Origin: Blastocladiella emersonii ATCC 22665
Lineage: Eukaryota; Fungi; Blastocladiomycota
NCBI GenBank assembly: GCA_025594325.1
Contig: JANHCV010000015.1
Location: 620,001 to 684,000, forward strand
DNA: 64,000 nt
Reading direction: 5' to 3'
The notes under the pieces are model-generated. The model was not told where the DNA came from, made no database searches, and saw nothing but the letters and a program-made list of their open reading frames with translations. Positions within the stretch are counted from its first letter, which is position 1; each line of letters opens with the position of its first letter. Made by a program: the position numbers and the translations under genes. This document shows positions 1 through 11,958 of this stretch, in pieces.

Positions 1-38
1 GCCCTCTGCAACTCATCGCAACCAACCTGATCCTGAAC

Positions 39-1360
39 ATGCCGTCAACGTGGTGCACCATTGAGTCGACGCCCGGTGCGTGCACCCCTCGCCGCTCGAC
101 CACGGGCCGTTCTGACGCGGATCGCCTGCGCGCTCAGGCATCTTCCACCACCTCGTCAGCTCCATTGGCGTCAAGGGCGTCACTGTCAAGGAGGTGTTCG
201 CTCTCGAGCCCGAGGTCGTGCAGTCCATCGGGTACGCGCTGGTGTCGCCCCCGCGCGAGAGCGTCGCTCACTCTTTGGGACTGTAGCGAGCCCCTCGCCT
301 TCATCTTCTGCTTCCCGATCGAGACCTCTGCCGACCAGCAGCCCGAGAAACCAACGTCGGCCACCAGCACGCCCGCCGTGCCCGACACGCTCTTCTTCGC
401 GAACCAGGTCATCGCCAACGCGTGCGGCACCCAGGCCGTCCTGCACGCGCTCCTCAACCTCGAGAACCTCTCACCGCACGTCGACCTCGGCCCGACGCTC
501 ACCGAGTTCCGCGACTTCACAAAGGACATGCGCCCGTCGGCGCGCGGCCTGTGCATCTCCAACTCGCCCACCCTGCGCCGCGTCCACAACGGGTTCGGCC
601 AGCTGCCCACCGACGAGGAGGTCGGGCTCGACGCTGCGCGCAAGGCCATTGAGCGTGCGGCGAAGCGCGGGAAGCGGAAGCGCGCGCGTGCGGGTGACTC
701 GGACGAGGAGAGCGAGTTTGACGACGACGAGTCGGACGAGGAAAAGGAGGAGGGCGAGGAGGGCGGCGAGTACATCGCGTACCACTTTGTCGCCTTAGTC
801 CCGCACGCCGGCGCCGTCTGGGAGCTCGACGGGCTCAAGCTCGCGCCCAAGTGCATCGCGCCCATGCCCAGGCCGTCCGCGGCCAAGCCGTGGTCGTCGC
901 TCGTCCTGTCCGAGCTCAAGAATCGTATCAAGAAGTACGTCCCACTGTGCTCGCCGTGTCCCGCGCGGTGAACTGACCGTTATGCGTGTAGGTCCGAGTA
1001 CGAAACCTTCTCGCTGCTCATGCTCACGCTCGACCAGCAGCCGATCCTCGAGGCCTCGCTCGCGGCCGCTGCGGCACCAAGCGCGGAACCCGTCGAGGGC
1101 GAGTCGCGCGAGAACCGCGACGCTATCGAGCGCCAGCTCCGCGAGCTCCACGAGGAGCGTGCCGGTTACGACGTACGCTGTTCTCTGTACTCGATGGATC
1201 ACGAACTCACTTGTTCTTGCGGATGTAGCGCGAGCAGGCCCGCGCGCGCGCCAACTACCTCCCCTTCATCGGCGCGTTCCTCGAGCGGCTCGCGGTGCGC
1301 GCGCCCGCCGCCGTCGTCGAGAACATGGTTGACCAGCACATGGAGACGCTCGACCAGTGA
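39..1360 (+). CDS. Ubiquitin C-terminal hydrolase (peptidase C12), UCHL5/UCH37-BAP1 type with C-terminal ULD; 5 exons (39-75, 138-231, 287-934, 992-1172, 1229-1360)
   Basis: N-terminal WCTIES.PG, catalytic Q..NACGT (Cys), YHFVAL (His) and WELDG (Asp), plus a ULD-like tail RARANYLPFIGAFLERLA. Four GT..AG introns join in frame. Confidence 0.88.
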
Positions 1361-1515
1361 TTTTGAAGGTGCAGTTTTGAATACAGAGCGAGTCTATACC
1401 CGCAGAGTGAACGCGTCGCTCTCACGGCAGCCGTCCGTTCTCCCCGCGACTTGAACGAAGCCCATGAACCCCGCCGTGTAAAGCGAGCGATACTCCCTGC
1501 AACGCATCTACAACC

Positions 1516-2262
1516 ATGCTGTCGACCGCGATCCCCGTCCTGCCCGGCCACTGCGGCTGCTCGCACGGTCACGACCGAGCTGGAGAGGAGGAGCAGTACC
1601 GCGACCCCGTGCAGCCCGACCCGCTGCCCACCGACACTAGCGACCTCCCCTCCAAGTCCGAAGCCATTGACGCCGTCGACATCTCGCGCCCGCTCTTCTT
1701 CTCATCGCCGCTCCTCCCCTCCGTCGTCCGCGTGCCCCACCTGCCCACCACCCTCCTCTCCCTCGCGCCGACCGCCCCGCTCGCCGCCCTCGTCGCGCAG
1801 TTCAAGGCCGTGCAATCGACCCGCACCGCCGTGACGCGACACGTGCTCGACCCCGCCTTCACCGCGTCCCTGACCCGCAGCGCCGCGGGACCCGACCACG
1901 CCGCGTACGCCGCCAACGAGTACGCGCGCGTCGCGGGCCGCGGGATGGCGGTTCTCGGCCAGGCACACGCCGCGATGCGCAAGTCGGGCTTGCTTCCGCC
2001 GGCCGAGGTCATGGGGGATGGGAAGCGCAGCGAGCTCGCGCAGTGGGTGCGCCAGGTCCAGGCGCTCGAAAAGCGGCGGATCGAGGTTACGGCGGAGTAC
2101 CAGGCCACCGCGGGTGAGACGGTGTATGGTGAGCGTGATTTGAGCGAGGAAGTTGAGGTCAAGGCGGCGATGCGCGACCGGCTGGTGGTGGAGATCAATG
2201 AGGCGCTTGAGGAGTTCCAGGCGTGGTATGCCGAGGTCGCTGATGACGAGGACGACGAGTAG
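1516..2262 (+). CDS. REX1-B / C19orf60-like helical protein (putative DNA repair REX1-B family)
   Basis: 248-aa ORF with ACCATG start and strong GC3 bias. Pattern FKAVQSTR...LAQWVRQVQALEKRRIEVTAEYQ...EINEALEE resembles the REX1-B consensus as I recall it. Confidence 0.55.
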   Translation: MLSTAIPVLPGHCGCSHGHDRAGEEEQYRDPVQPDPLPTDTSDLPSKSEAIDAVDISRPLFFSSPLLPSVVRVPHLPTTLLSLAPTAPLAALVAQFKAVQSTRTAVTRHVLDPAFTASLTRSAAGPDHAAYAANEYARVAGRGMAVLGQAHAAMRKSGLLPPAEVMGDGKRSELAQWVRQVQALEKRRIEVTAEYQATAGETVYGERDLSEEVEVKAAMRDRLVVEINEALEEFQAWYAEVADDEDDE

Positions 2263-2425
2263 CGTCAAATACACTCCTGTTCGGATCACTTGTTCACTGT
2301 TATGGGAAACTAGTACAGCAGCGCTTTCAGGCCCGTTTTCTCGCCAGCGGAAGGCAGCGAGAGTGAGTAACGAACCAGGCGGATGATTCTGATTGACGTG
2401 TGGTTCGGATACACAACAGCCTTCC

Positions 2426-2944
2426 TTACTCGAGCTCAACAAACCGGCCGTCGCTAGAACCAGCAGCGGGACTGGACATCATCGAAATCGGCACGCCATA
2501 CTCTGCCAGGACGCGTGCAACCTTGGGGTCGATATCCGCCGAGGACCCTGACGGCACGCATGCAATCGGCCGGAGCAGCTCGAGGTTAGCCTTGATGATA
2601 GTCTCGAACTCGACAATCGCCGCGACCGATCTCCGGTACTTGGCCAGCTCAGCCGCCGTGGTGCGTTGCGGGCGCATCGAGCGCGCCTCCTGGTGCAGCC
2701 GCTGGATGTCCGCCAGCATCGCCTCGAGTTTCGCGACGGCCACGGGAGCGTCGGTCGGGTCGTCGCCGTCCTCGTTGCGCTGAGCGATCGCGAGCATCTC
2801 ATCCAAGTTCTGGTCCAGGTCGGCGTAGGCCGCCTTGGCGGCGGAGACCGTCGCGTCGGTTGGGGCCGTCGGTGCGCGGGCCGCCGCCCACTTTTGCTTC
2901 GCGCGCTTCTTGGTGGCAGTTGCATTCTTCGGATTAAAGCCCAT
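2426..2944 (-). CDS. Hypothetical 172-aa helical protein with basic N-terminus
   Basis: ATG-initiated ORF with coding-like third-position bias. No recognisable motif. Confidence 0.45.
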   Translation of the reverse strand: MGFNPKNATATKKRAKQKWAAARAPTAPTDATVSAAKAAYADLDQNLDEMLAIAQRNEDGDDPTDAPVAVAKLEAMLADIQRLHQEARSMRPQRTTAAELAKYRRSVAAIVEFETIIKANLELLRPIACVPSGSSADIDPKVARVLAEYGVPISMMSSPAAGSSDGRFVELE

Positions 2945-4480
2945 GGTGTGAATCTTTTGCGTCGAGTCAAGTGTGAGCTGGGCGCGAGGGCGAATCGCTT
3001 TGAGAGGGGCAAGGAAGCGTCCCGACGGCGCGCGGCGGCCGATGTGAACGACGCGTCTCCAAAACCGCCCACGTGCGCAAGGGGCACCCGCGTTCGTCGC
3101 GCCTCGGCATTGCTGGTTGGAGGGCCCAACCCAACGCTTGCGTCCCCGTCGCCGCCTTCTGTCATGGAACGCGACATGCCAGGGTCAAGTCGAGCTCGAT
3201 TCGGTCGAGGTTCCGTCGTTCGGCCGTACGTCCTTGCGTGATCGCGGCACGCTTCTCACTCGAGCGGGTTCTCGTCGTCGTTCTATCGAGTATCAACTGC
3301 CTGTAGCACACTCATATCAGCCGGGTGTTGGTGACTCCGCGAGAGCACGCCGGCTGTTGAATGCAGTCCCGCGTTCGAACCTTAGCTGAGAGGGCTCGCA
3401 GGATGGTTGGGTTTTGCCCCCCCCCTTTTGTTACGCGTTGCGCCACGCAGGTGACGCGACGCGCGTGGCTGACCGTTCGCGGTCGCGTTGACTCCTCTCC
3501 GCTCTCCCGCATCGCCGATGAAACACAACATGAACGACCATAACACCATGCAACGCCTTCCGATGGAACTCTTGGAGGACATTCTGGTCCACGTCGTTCT
3601 TTCCGACATTCGCAGGGTCGACCCGCTGCCGCCTTTGCGCGTTGCACCTGGTCTCACACGGCTGCGCCGCGTCGTGCTCCAGCTCTCGCTGCACCCGCGA
3701 ATGTACCATGTACTCCCTCACTTCTCGGAGCCGTTCCTCGACGAATTCATCCAGTGCCGTCGGGTCAAGCTCGCTTTGGAGGATGATCCGGTCGTGTTGT
3801 ACCTGACGGCGCTGTGCGTCGCGGGCCGCATCGATCTCTTGGACGAGTGGATCGAGATGGGTTATGAATTTCCAACTTCGACGCAGTACATGGACTTGGC
3901 CTCAGCGTGCGGTCAGACTAATGTTCTCACTTGGCTAGTCGCGCACGACCTGGCGAACGAGTACACGGAGGCGGCCATAGATCGCGCCGCGGACGCGGGC
4001 CTCATGGACGTTCTCGATTGGTGGGGCAGCGGGAAGCTCAAGCTCAAGTACTCTTACGAAAACTATGAAATGGCGATGGAGCGAGACGACCCGGATCTTG
4101 TCAATTGGTTCCATGGCCACAATTGTGAGTGGGGCCCTGAGTTTTGGGACGACTGGACCCTCTCTCAGCGTCTGGAGATCAATTTTGAGTGGAGAAGCGG
4201 CTATATCAATGAAGCGTTCTATCACGGAAGCGTCAAAATCCTCAATATTTGTGCCGAGTACGTCATGATGGAATCGCTGGACTGAACGGACTACGTCCGG
4301 TTCGCCATCGAGAAGGAGCAGGTTCCCTTGCTCCGTTGGATACACGACAACGTCCGCGACGGCTTCGAGAATGCTAATTACAAGGACCCGAGAGACGAGA
4401 GCGCGCTTTATGGCGTGAACTGGGCCCAGAGCGAGGCCGACGAAGGCGACTACGGCTTCCACGAAGACTTCGATGTATAT

Positions 4481-6504
4481 TCTCAGCAGTAGGCTGAGTT
4501 TCTGTGGAGCTGAATTCGCGCTCAAGCTGGGCCATTTGGCACGCCTGACTTTTCTGCCACTCCCATCAACACGCGTCGCGACGCGTCTCGGTCGAGCTCG
4601 AATTATCTTCTCCTCAGTTTTCTCCAAATCCTCTTAATAAATCTACCCTCTAACTCCATGCAACTCAACTAAAATCGTCTGGGGCACAGTTCGACGTCGG
4701 AATACTCTCCGTGTACCTGACCTCTCGCTCTTCCCGCTCCTCCCGCGGCCACTGTGCATATCCTCTACATTTCCTCCGTCCTTCATGTCCTACGTGGGCA
4801 TCCACACGCTTCCCTGACGCTTTGATTTAATTCACCGCTTGCGCGTATTGCGTATTGCGTCTCGCGTTTTTTGTCTCGCGTCTCCTGTCTCGCACTCGTG
4901 GCGTGCGCGAGACACATCGCGTCTCTTGTGTCTCACTAGCACGAGACGCGCACGAGATCTCCTTGGTCGGCGCCGAGCTGTTCGCCGCAATGCACTCGCG
5001 CTTCGACGCGCTATACCCGAGCCGCGACCATCGTCCGTTTGGCGGCCTGCACGTCCTCGCGTTTGGCGACTTTTCCCAGTTCGAGCCCGTCATGGCCCGC
5101 TCGCTCACGGTTCCATCTGAGCAGCCGGTCGAACGCGCACCCGAGCCCGAGGTGGATGCAGCTCATGATGGCGACTCGATGCAGGTCGACGGCGAGCCTC
5201 AGCAGCAGCAGCAGCAGAAGAAGCGCGCGTCCAAGCGCAAGGAGCGGCCAGCGGTCAGCAGAACTCGAACTGACGCCAACATTGGTCGCGATCAATGGCT
5301 CGCCTTCGACTCGGTCTTCTTCCTCGTGCAGCAGATGCGGCAGTCGGGCGACGCGAGCTTCCTCAACGTGCTCCAGGACCTGCGCAACTGCATCGTCTCG
5401 CAGCGCGTGATCGAGTGCCTCGGCTCGCGGCGAGCAGACGTCGTACTGGGCCAGCACCCAGGCCAGCTCGACGACTGGAGCGACCAGGTCCTCATCACGG
5501 CGCAGAACTCGGTGCGCGACGCGTGGAACTCGATGGCCGCCGCGAAACACGCGCGTCGCCTTGGTCTCCAACCCGACGAAATCTTTGACCTCGAGTGCGT
5601 CGATCTCGTCCGCAAGCCCTCCACAACCGGACCACTCCTTTGGCGGCAGCTCGTCATTGAGAGCAGCAGTCAGAGCGAGAGGACCAGCGCATACTTAACT
5701 TCGCAAAACTGCTTCCCTCGAGCAAGACGGACCACATCCCGTCTACCCTCAAGCTGTTTGTTGGCGCGCGTATCATCGTGACGCGGAACATCAACACGCC
5801 GTACGTCTCCGCGTCATGTTCGCCGGCCATTAGGCGCGTGGACTCACCAGCGCTTCCTCGCTTCGCATCGTGTAGTCGCGGCATCGTCAACGGCGTCATT
5901 GGCTGTGTTGAAGGCTTTGCCACCAACGCGAACAACGACATTGATGCAGTCATCATCCGGCCCAACAAGGATCTGGGTCGCATTCCCAAGCTACCCGGGA
6001 TCCCCGACGGCTGCTTCCCGCTGCGCCGCGAGATCGCCTCGTTCCGCCTCAAGAACAAGGTGGCCGGCACATCCAAGACGATCCATCGAGCCCAGTTCCC
6101 GCTCGAGCTCGCGTACGCGCTGACGTCGCACAAGGCCCAAGGGATGACCCTCGAAAAGGTCATCGTTGATCTCGCTGACATGACGCGTGGAGCGTTACCG
6201 TCGCGCTTCCTGTACATGATCCTATCGCAAGTACGGCGCGGTGACGACAGCCGGATTCTGCGTGATCCAGGTATTCAAGGCCTGAATCAAACACAGGATC
6301 AACATTAACTTGCCGAGTACGCTCGACTGCAAAGTCTGGCGGAGGCAACCACTACCTAGTCCTTAGCTCATCAATACATAGCGATTTTGACACGTCATTC
6401 ACTACTCGCCTTTCAACGCGGACGGAACTTGACGTCCAGCATATTTTTAAGTCAGCCTAGTCGCCTACTGCTGAGACAGAGTGTGCAAAGCACACACCCC
6501 TAGT
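4481..6504 (+). mobile_element. Helitron2-type non-autonomous element, copy A (2024 bp, both ends intact)
   Basis: 5' TCTCAGCAGTAGGC (4481-4494) is the reverse complement of subterminal GCCTACTGCTGAGA (6463-6476). 3' hairpin GTGTGC-AAA-GCACAC (6481-6495) and end CCCCTAGT. Contains a PIF1 remnant. Confidence 0.9.
4954..6359 (+). pseudogene. PIF1-family helicase remnant of Helitron Rep-Hel (C-terminal part, frameshifted)
   Basis: Motifs EIS(L)VG, GGLHVLAFGDFSQFEPV, QQMRQSGDASF, GIVNGVIGCV, RAQFPLELAYALTSHKAQGMTL and YMILSQVR lie in shifting frames. Premature TAA at 6306-6308. Confidence 0.88.
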
Positions 6505-7203
6505 GGCGAAATCTACAAAGATGACAAGGCTGCAGGCTCGTTTTGGTGGTACATGACCGGCTACGCGAGCAAGCTGAACCGGATCGCGGTGCTTGACGGG
6601 TTCAAGGCGATTTTTCCGCCCGGCGACTTCTCGTGTCCTCTTGGGTGGTCCGTTGTTGAAGAAGAAGACGACGACGAGGACGCGGCTCTCGCGCGACTCG
6701 AGTGGTGGAAGCAGTCTGGCGTCCCGCTCAAGCTCGCCCCCAGCCACCTCCAGTGCGCGCAGCGCTTCGCGGAGAAGCTTGGCTTCGACCGTATCGCCCA
6801 GTGGTGGCGCGAGTCGGAACTTGAGAACCGGACCCTGTAAGGAGGACGCTGTATGAGTGTCGGTTTATCATACAACTACTTTGATCCACGCCTGTCCTGA
6901 GACGCGTTTCACAGCGCGTCGAACATTGCGGCGTGATCCCAACGTGTTGCCGTTGCGCCACAGAGAGGCCGGGTCGGGCCAGCAAACGCGTCCCGTTTCA
7001 GGGTTCTCCGGCGGCGCAGTCGCGCTTTTGGGGGCTGACCAAGCGTCGCGCCCTCAAGGTTCCGGCGGAGCGCTCGTAGATTGTTGCGTCGAGTGGCCCA
7101 GGGGCTCTCTGCTCGCCGTACAAAAGCGGGCGCGTCCCCCGCACACCCTCCCTCGTCGAGCTCACGGATCAGTCAGTACACGCAACGGATCTTCCTCTAC
7201 ACC

Positions 7204-8289
7204 ATGTCATCGACTACCAGCACCGACCGCCCCGACGCACACAAGATGCAGTACATGCGCCTCGGCAAGACGGGTCTGCAGGTTTCCCGCATCTGCGTCG
7301 GCATGATGTCGTACGGGTCGCCCGAGTGGCAGCCGTGGGTCCTCGACGCCGACCAGTCGCTGCCGCTCCTCCAGGCCGCGTGGGATGCCGGGATCAACTT
7401 CTTCGATTCCGCCGATATCTATTCGAATGGGGAATCGGAGAGAATCCTCGGACGCTTCATGCGCGAGTCCGGCATCAAGCGCACCGAGATTGTTGTCGCA
7501 ACCAAGCTGTTTGGCCATGTTGCCGACTCGCCCAGCATCAACACGTTCGCCGTCCCGCTGCCCAAGCACGCGTCGGTCAACCAGATGGGCCTGTCGCGCA
7601 AGCACATCTTCGACGCGGTCGACGCGTCGCTCGAGCGCCTCGGCACCGACTACATTGACCTGTACCAGATCCACCGCTGGGACCACAACACGCCCATCGA
7701 GGAGACCATGGAGGCGCTCAACGACCTGGTGCGCATGGGCAAGGTACGGTATATTGGCGCGTCGTCCATGTACGCGTGGCAGTTTGCCAAGGCGCAGGCG
7801 GTCGCGGAGCGCAACGGGTGGGCCAAGTTCGTCAGCATGCAGAACCTCGTCAACCTGCTGTACCGCGAGGAGGAGCGCGAGATGCTGCCGCTGTGCCGCG
7901 ACCAGGGCGTCGGCGTCATTCCGTGGTCGCCGCTCGCCCGCGGCATCCTGTCGGGCAAGGGCAAGCAGTCCGACTCGGTGCGCGCCCAGACCGACCGCGC
8001 CCGCAAGGCCCAGGCCGACGGGAACGCCGCCGAGGACGTGGCCGCCGCCACCGACGACCGCATCCTCGCCGCGCTGCGCAAGGTCGCCGAGGCCCGTGGC
8101 GCGCCCATGTCCCAGGTCGCGCTCGCCTGGGTCCTCGCCAAGCCCGGCGTCACGGCACCGATCGTCGGCATGAACAAGGTCGAGTACCTCCACGACGCGG
8201 TCGCTGCCCTGTCCATCAAGCTCACCGACGACGAGATCAAAGAGCTTGAGGCGCCCTACTACCCTAAGGCCGTCTACGGAAACCTCTGA
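7204..8289 (+). CDS. Aldo-keto reductase (YajO/aryl-alcohol dehydrogenase-like), intronless, 361 aa
   Basis: MQYMRLGKTGLQVSRICVG, DSADIY (Asp/Tyr), VATK (Lys), LYQIHRWD (His), GASSM, SMQN, PWSPLARG. ACCATG start. Confidence 0.93.
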   Translation: MSSTTSTDRPDAHKMQYMRLGKTGLQVSRICVGMMSYGSPEWQPWVLDADQSLPLLQAAWDAGINFFDSADIYSNGESERILGRFMRESGIKRTEIVVATKLFGHVADSPSINTFAVPLPKHASVNQMGLSRKHIFDAVDASLERLGTDYIDLYQIHRWDHNTPIEETMEALNDLVRMGKVRYIGASSMYAWQFAKAQAVAERNGWAKFVSMQNLVNLLYREEEREMLPLCRDQGVGVIPWSPLARGILSGKGKQSDSVRAQTDRARKAQADGNAAEDVAAATDDRILAALRKVAEARGAPMSQVALAWVLAKPGVTAPIVGMNKVEYLHDAVAALSIKLTDDEIKELEAPYYPKAVYGNL

Positions 8290-8497
8290 GCGGACCGCTG
8301 CCCGTGTGCAAAATGTATAACTGGTTCATTGCGCCCATTCCGTCGTCCGTGTAACTTGAACGTCCGGTGAGCAACGAGAGAGGGGGAGAAAAGCGCGTTC
8401 AAGAATCATGTGAGATCACCTTCGCGCGGGCGGCGACGCATTTTCGCCCCAAACGAGCCTCGTTGTCTCTTGCTCTCCCTCGACGAATGCCAAACAA

Positions 8498-11400
8498 ATG
8501 AAGAAGAAGCAAAATAAATCAGCAACTAACCGCAAACGCTCCGGCGCTGCAACCGGCGGTGGCCGCATCATCGAGTCGTCGGCGCCTGCCGAGTTCGCGA
8601 CGCCCGGCCTCCCGACGCTCACCTGCGCTTCAATCGTCGGCGAGGACCGCGCGCTTCACTTCTCGCCGTACGGGCGCACCTACCCGCGCGACCTTATCCT
8701 GCACCACCTCCCCGTCGTGAGCAAGGAGCTCAACCTGCTCGTGTTTCAGTGCGGCGACCTGCGCGACGTTGCTCGCACCCTCAGCGACGCGAAGCGCAAG
8801 TAAGCTGAGTCCAACCTCAACTTTGTGCTCAGCGACACGCACCCGGAGGTCCTCGCGCGCAACCTGCTTGTTCTTCGCGCTATCCAGTCGCAGCCCAGCG
8901 GCGATACCTCGCTTCTCGAGTGGCGCATTGCGCAGCTGCTTTACTCGCATGCCCTTGACGCCGACACTCTCGCGTATTGGCACGATGCGATGCGTGGGCC
9001 TCTTTCAGCTGACCTGCTTCCGAACGACCCGATTCGTCTGTTTGACGACGACACACAGCGTGCGATCCGCCATTGCTTCACGTCCTGGCTCGCCGCCGGC
9101 TGGTCTGTCGAAAAACTGGAGGAGGTCCGGAACGCGCACCTCGCTCATGTTCGCGACCCGGCCGACGGCCGCAGCAACCTGCAGCGCATGGTTGACCAAC
9201 TCATGACCCGAGCGCTTGATGCCGAAGGCTGGACGCCGCTTGATAGTGCTGCACAGCGTGCTCTCAAGCTCGAACTTGAGCAGCTTGTTGCGCACGGCAT
9301 CAAGTTCGATGGACCAACGACTTCTTCGGAAAGCGCGGCCTCGGCGCGTGTTGTGAACCCGACTCTGCTTCTCGTCCGCGGCGACGGCTCTCTCGAGTTT
9401 GGCGGGACCGAGTCCGTTTCACCCCTCAACTCGCTAATCTTGGACCCCGAGGACGTCATCGGCGCCACCCAGCACGAGGTTTTGGTGCTCGTGTCGACTC
9501 TCGCTGAGAGCTTTGGTCCCAGAGCCGGACTGCGCCGCAAGGGCTTGATCAGGGCCGTTCCTTACGTGGACATCCAGTCGTGGGCGGTCCACCCGTGCGA
9601 CCCGAACTTCCATTCCGCCGTCACGTTCGTCGCCGGCAATCCGCTCGCTGTGATGGAAAAGCTCGTCGCGCAGGAGCGACGCTTCGATGTCGTGGAGACC
9701 GGGACCATTGCGGACGATCACGGTCTCTTCAACCTGATTGTGCACGCGACACCGCTTCTGAACAGCCACGTGGGATGCAGCCGCAGCCTCATCCACGTCG
9801 CGACCGAGCGCGCTTGGGACTCGCGCGACGACTATCTGCGCCGCAACCTTCCGCTCCCGCTCGAGGCGTATCCGACCTTGCTTGGCGTCAACCTGTACGA
9901 GCGCTCAACGAACGAGGATTGGTCGACGCATGCGAGTCGCTTTGCGTGGAGTAAGGCGCGTGTCGAGGGCCGTGATGAGCCGCACCGCGAGGAGTTTACC
10001 TTCTACCGGCTCGAGTTCCCGACGGTCCCGATCTCGCTCTCCGTGTCGGACTTTGTCACCGACTCGCTCGCGCAGTGTCTTGAGGCGCTCTCTCAGACTC
10101 CGGGTGCGTCTTCTAGCATCCGATTCGAACGATCAGGGTCCGTTTCAACTAACCCTCGCGCCTCGCCTACTACGCTATAGAAATTTCGCACCTCACTGGT
10201 AGCGTCATCCCGAAACTCCTCGGATTCGCGCTCGCCGCGGGCCGCATCGCCTGGCAGGGTCCAACGGCGATCACGCCGCCGTGACCTGAGCTGCCGAGTG
10301 TTTGGGCTTCAATTCTTCCCAGCCCGCTCCTCGCCTCGTACACGGCCGAGATTTTGGTACAGTCGCATCTGTACGGCTTCCCGATCGACTTTGTTGGAAA
10401 GCCGCGCGACACGTTCGTGATTCAACTTGATGGACTCGTGGATTGTCCAGCTGCGGCCACCGGTCTTCCGATTTCGCTTCAGATTGCCGGGGACTCGACG
10501 ATCTTTCGCTTCCGAAGCCTGCGCCTTGCGCCAGGCGAGACCGGCGGGCAGCTGCGCGTCATGACCTTCGTTTCGCGTGACTTTGGCGAGAAGATCGCAT
10601 CGGGCAAAATGCCGATTTCCGTCTGCTTTGGCGATTCCTTACATGTGCCGCTTACCCAAATCAATACGACGCGCGTCCTGACCAAGTCTCTCACCACCAC
10701 TTTCACGAGCTCCATCAAATTTGCGGCGGAGCGGCGGTACTTGCAGTCGCGCGGCGAGAAGCCCGTGCTCACGCCGCCGAGCCAGCAGGTGCTTCCCGTC
10801 CGGTACGCGTACGAGGAGCGCGACTCGATTAAGCTCCTCGTCTCGGTTCCCACGAGTCAGCGGTACGTCCAGGTCGGCAAACTTGCGATCGGCGATGATT
10901 TGTTGCGCTGCGCCGAGGGCGGCGCGCTCCTTCTCTTTGGCAAGAAGGTGCAGATTATGCAACTACCTTGCCGCGTCGGGGTCGAGTCTTTCGGCGTCGC
11001 TCCCGGCTCACGTCTCATCGTGACCCTCTCGCGCCAGCTATCGCCGGTTGACGAAAGGGTTGCGCTGGGCGACATTGACACGCATCTTGCCGATTACTCA
11101 GACCGCTACCGGCTCGGTAAGGTTGAGACGTACGACCAGGGCCTCGCTCTTGCTTCGCTGCGCTACACGATTCCTGGCGGCGACGTTGCCGCGCTTGTTC
11201 AAACGCTTGACTCAACGCACCTGGGCGACGCTGACCCCGGCCGCGCCGTGGCCCTCGCGCGTGCTCCGTCGGCTGCTGACCAGGCGCGCTTCCTCTCCGA
11301 GACCGTCAAGCGACTTCTCGCCGAATTCGCCCGAGGCACGCTTGTCGTCGAGTTCGTCTCCGGCAACGACCCGACCCCCATGGCGGCGGTCCTGCTCTAC

Positions 11401-11958
11401 CACCTGACCGTCGTCCCGGCCGCGAGCACCGCGCGCGCGCCGACGCCCATGCTCTCCATCGAGTTCATCCTGCACCCATCGATTGCGTGCAAGGCGCCGT
11501 TGCATCTGTGGATCGTTGACCAAACCAACGCCCGCGTCCTCAGCGAGATCGGGCGCAAGGCGGAGCGCGGCCGCGCCAAGGTGACGCAGCTTCGGGTGCC
11601 CCGCGAGTACCTTCCTTGCCTCGTTGACCTCTTGATGCAGGCGTACACTTCGGCCCCGCACAAGATCTCGTGGAACGAGGCCAATTTCGATCGTGATTTC
11701 TTCGACGGGTTCCTGCTCAAGAAGCGGCTCTTCCCCGCGCACCTGCTCCCGCTGTACCACCCGCCGGGCGCCGAGTGCCGCGTCGCGAAGCCGAAGCGCG
11801 TCGTCCCGGCCACCGACACGAGCAAACCCGCCGCGAGTAAGGCCGACGTGATCAAGTCTAACGCGACGACCGGTACCCGCGGCGGCGAGGCTTCCGGGGC
11901 TGCTGCCAGCTACGACTACGACTTCGACGACGATGACGTTCGCATTGAAGACGTCTGA
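8498..11958 (+). pseudogene. DUF4470 (SAM-MTase-like) family copy 1; intron 10104-10180; nonsense codons TAA 8801 and TGA 10282
   Basis: FSPYGRTYPRDL...LLVFQCGDLRDVARTL...FVLSDTHPEVLARNLLVL matches the DUF4470 pattern (P.GN.P..L...LL.GCGD.R.....D..PE.LARN.LL). Paralogues have TAC and TGG at the two stop positions. Confidence 0.78.

Larger units (their letters stand above)
3548..6840 (+). pseudogene. F-box-like + degenerate ankyrin-like repeat gene, split by Helitron A (coding parts 3548-4480 and 6505-6840), with an in-frame TGA at 4283-4285
   Basis: N-terminal LPMELLEDILVHV (F-box-like) and repeats DLASACGQTNVLTWL / IDRAADAGLMDVLDWW. The frame continues past the TGA to 4480, and removing 4481-6504 gives the in-frame join DVY|GEIYKDDK. 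Confidence 0.75.

Noticed and set aside
5200-5222. CAG microsatellite / poly-Gln run
   Set aside because: It is short, is part of the helicase linker, and is present in all three element copies, so it is not an independent feature.
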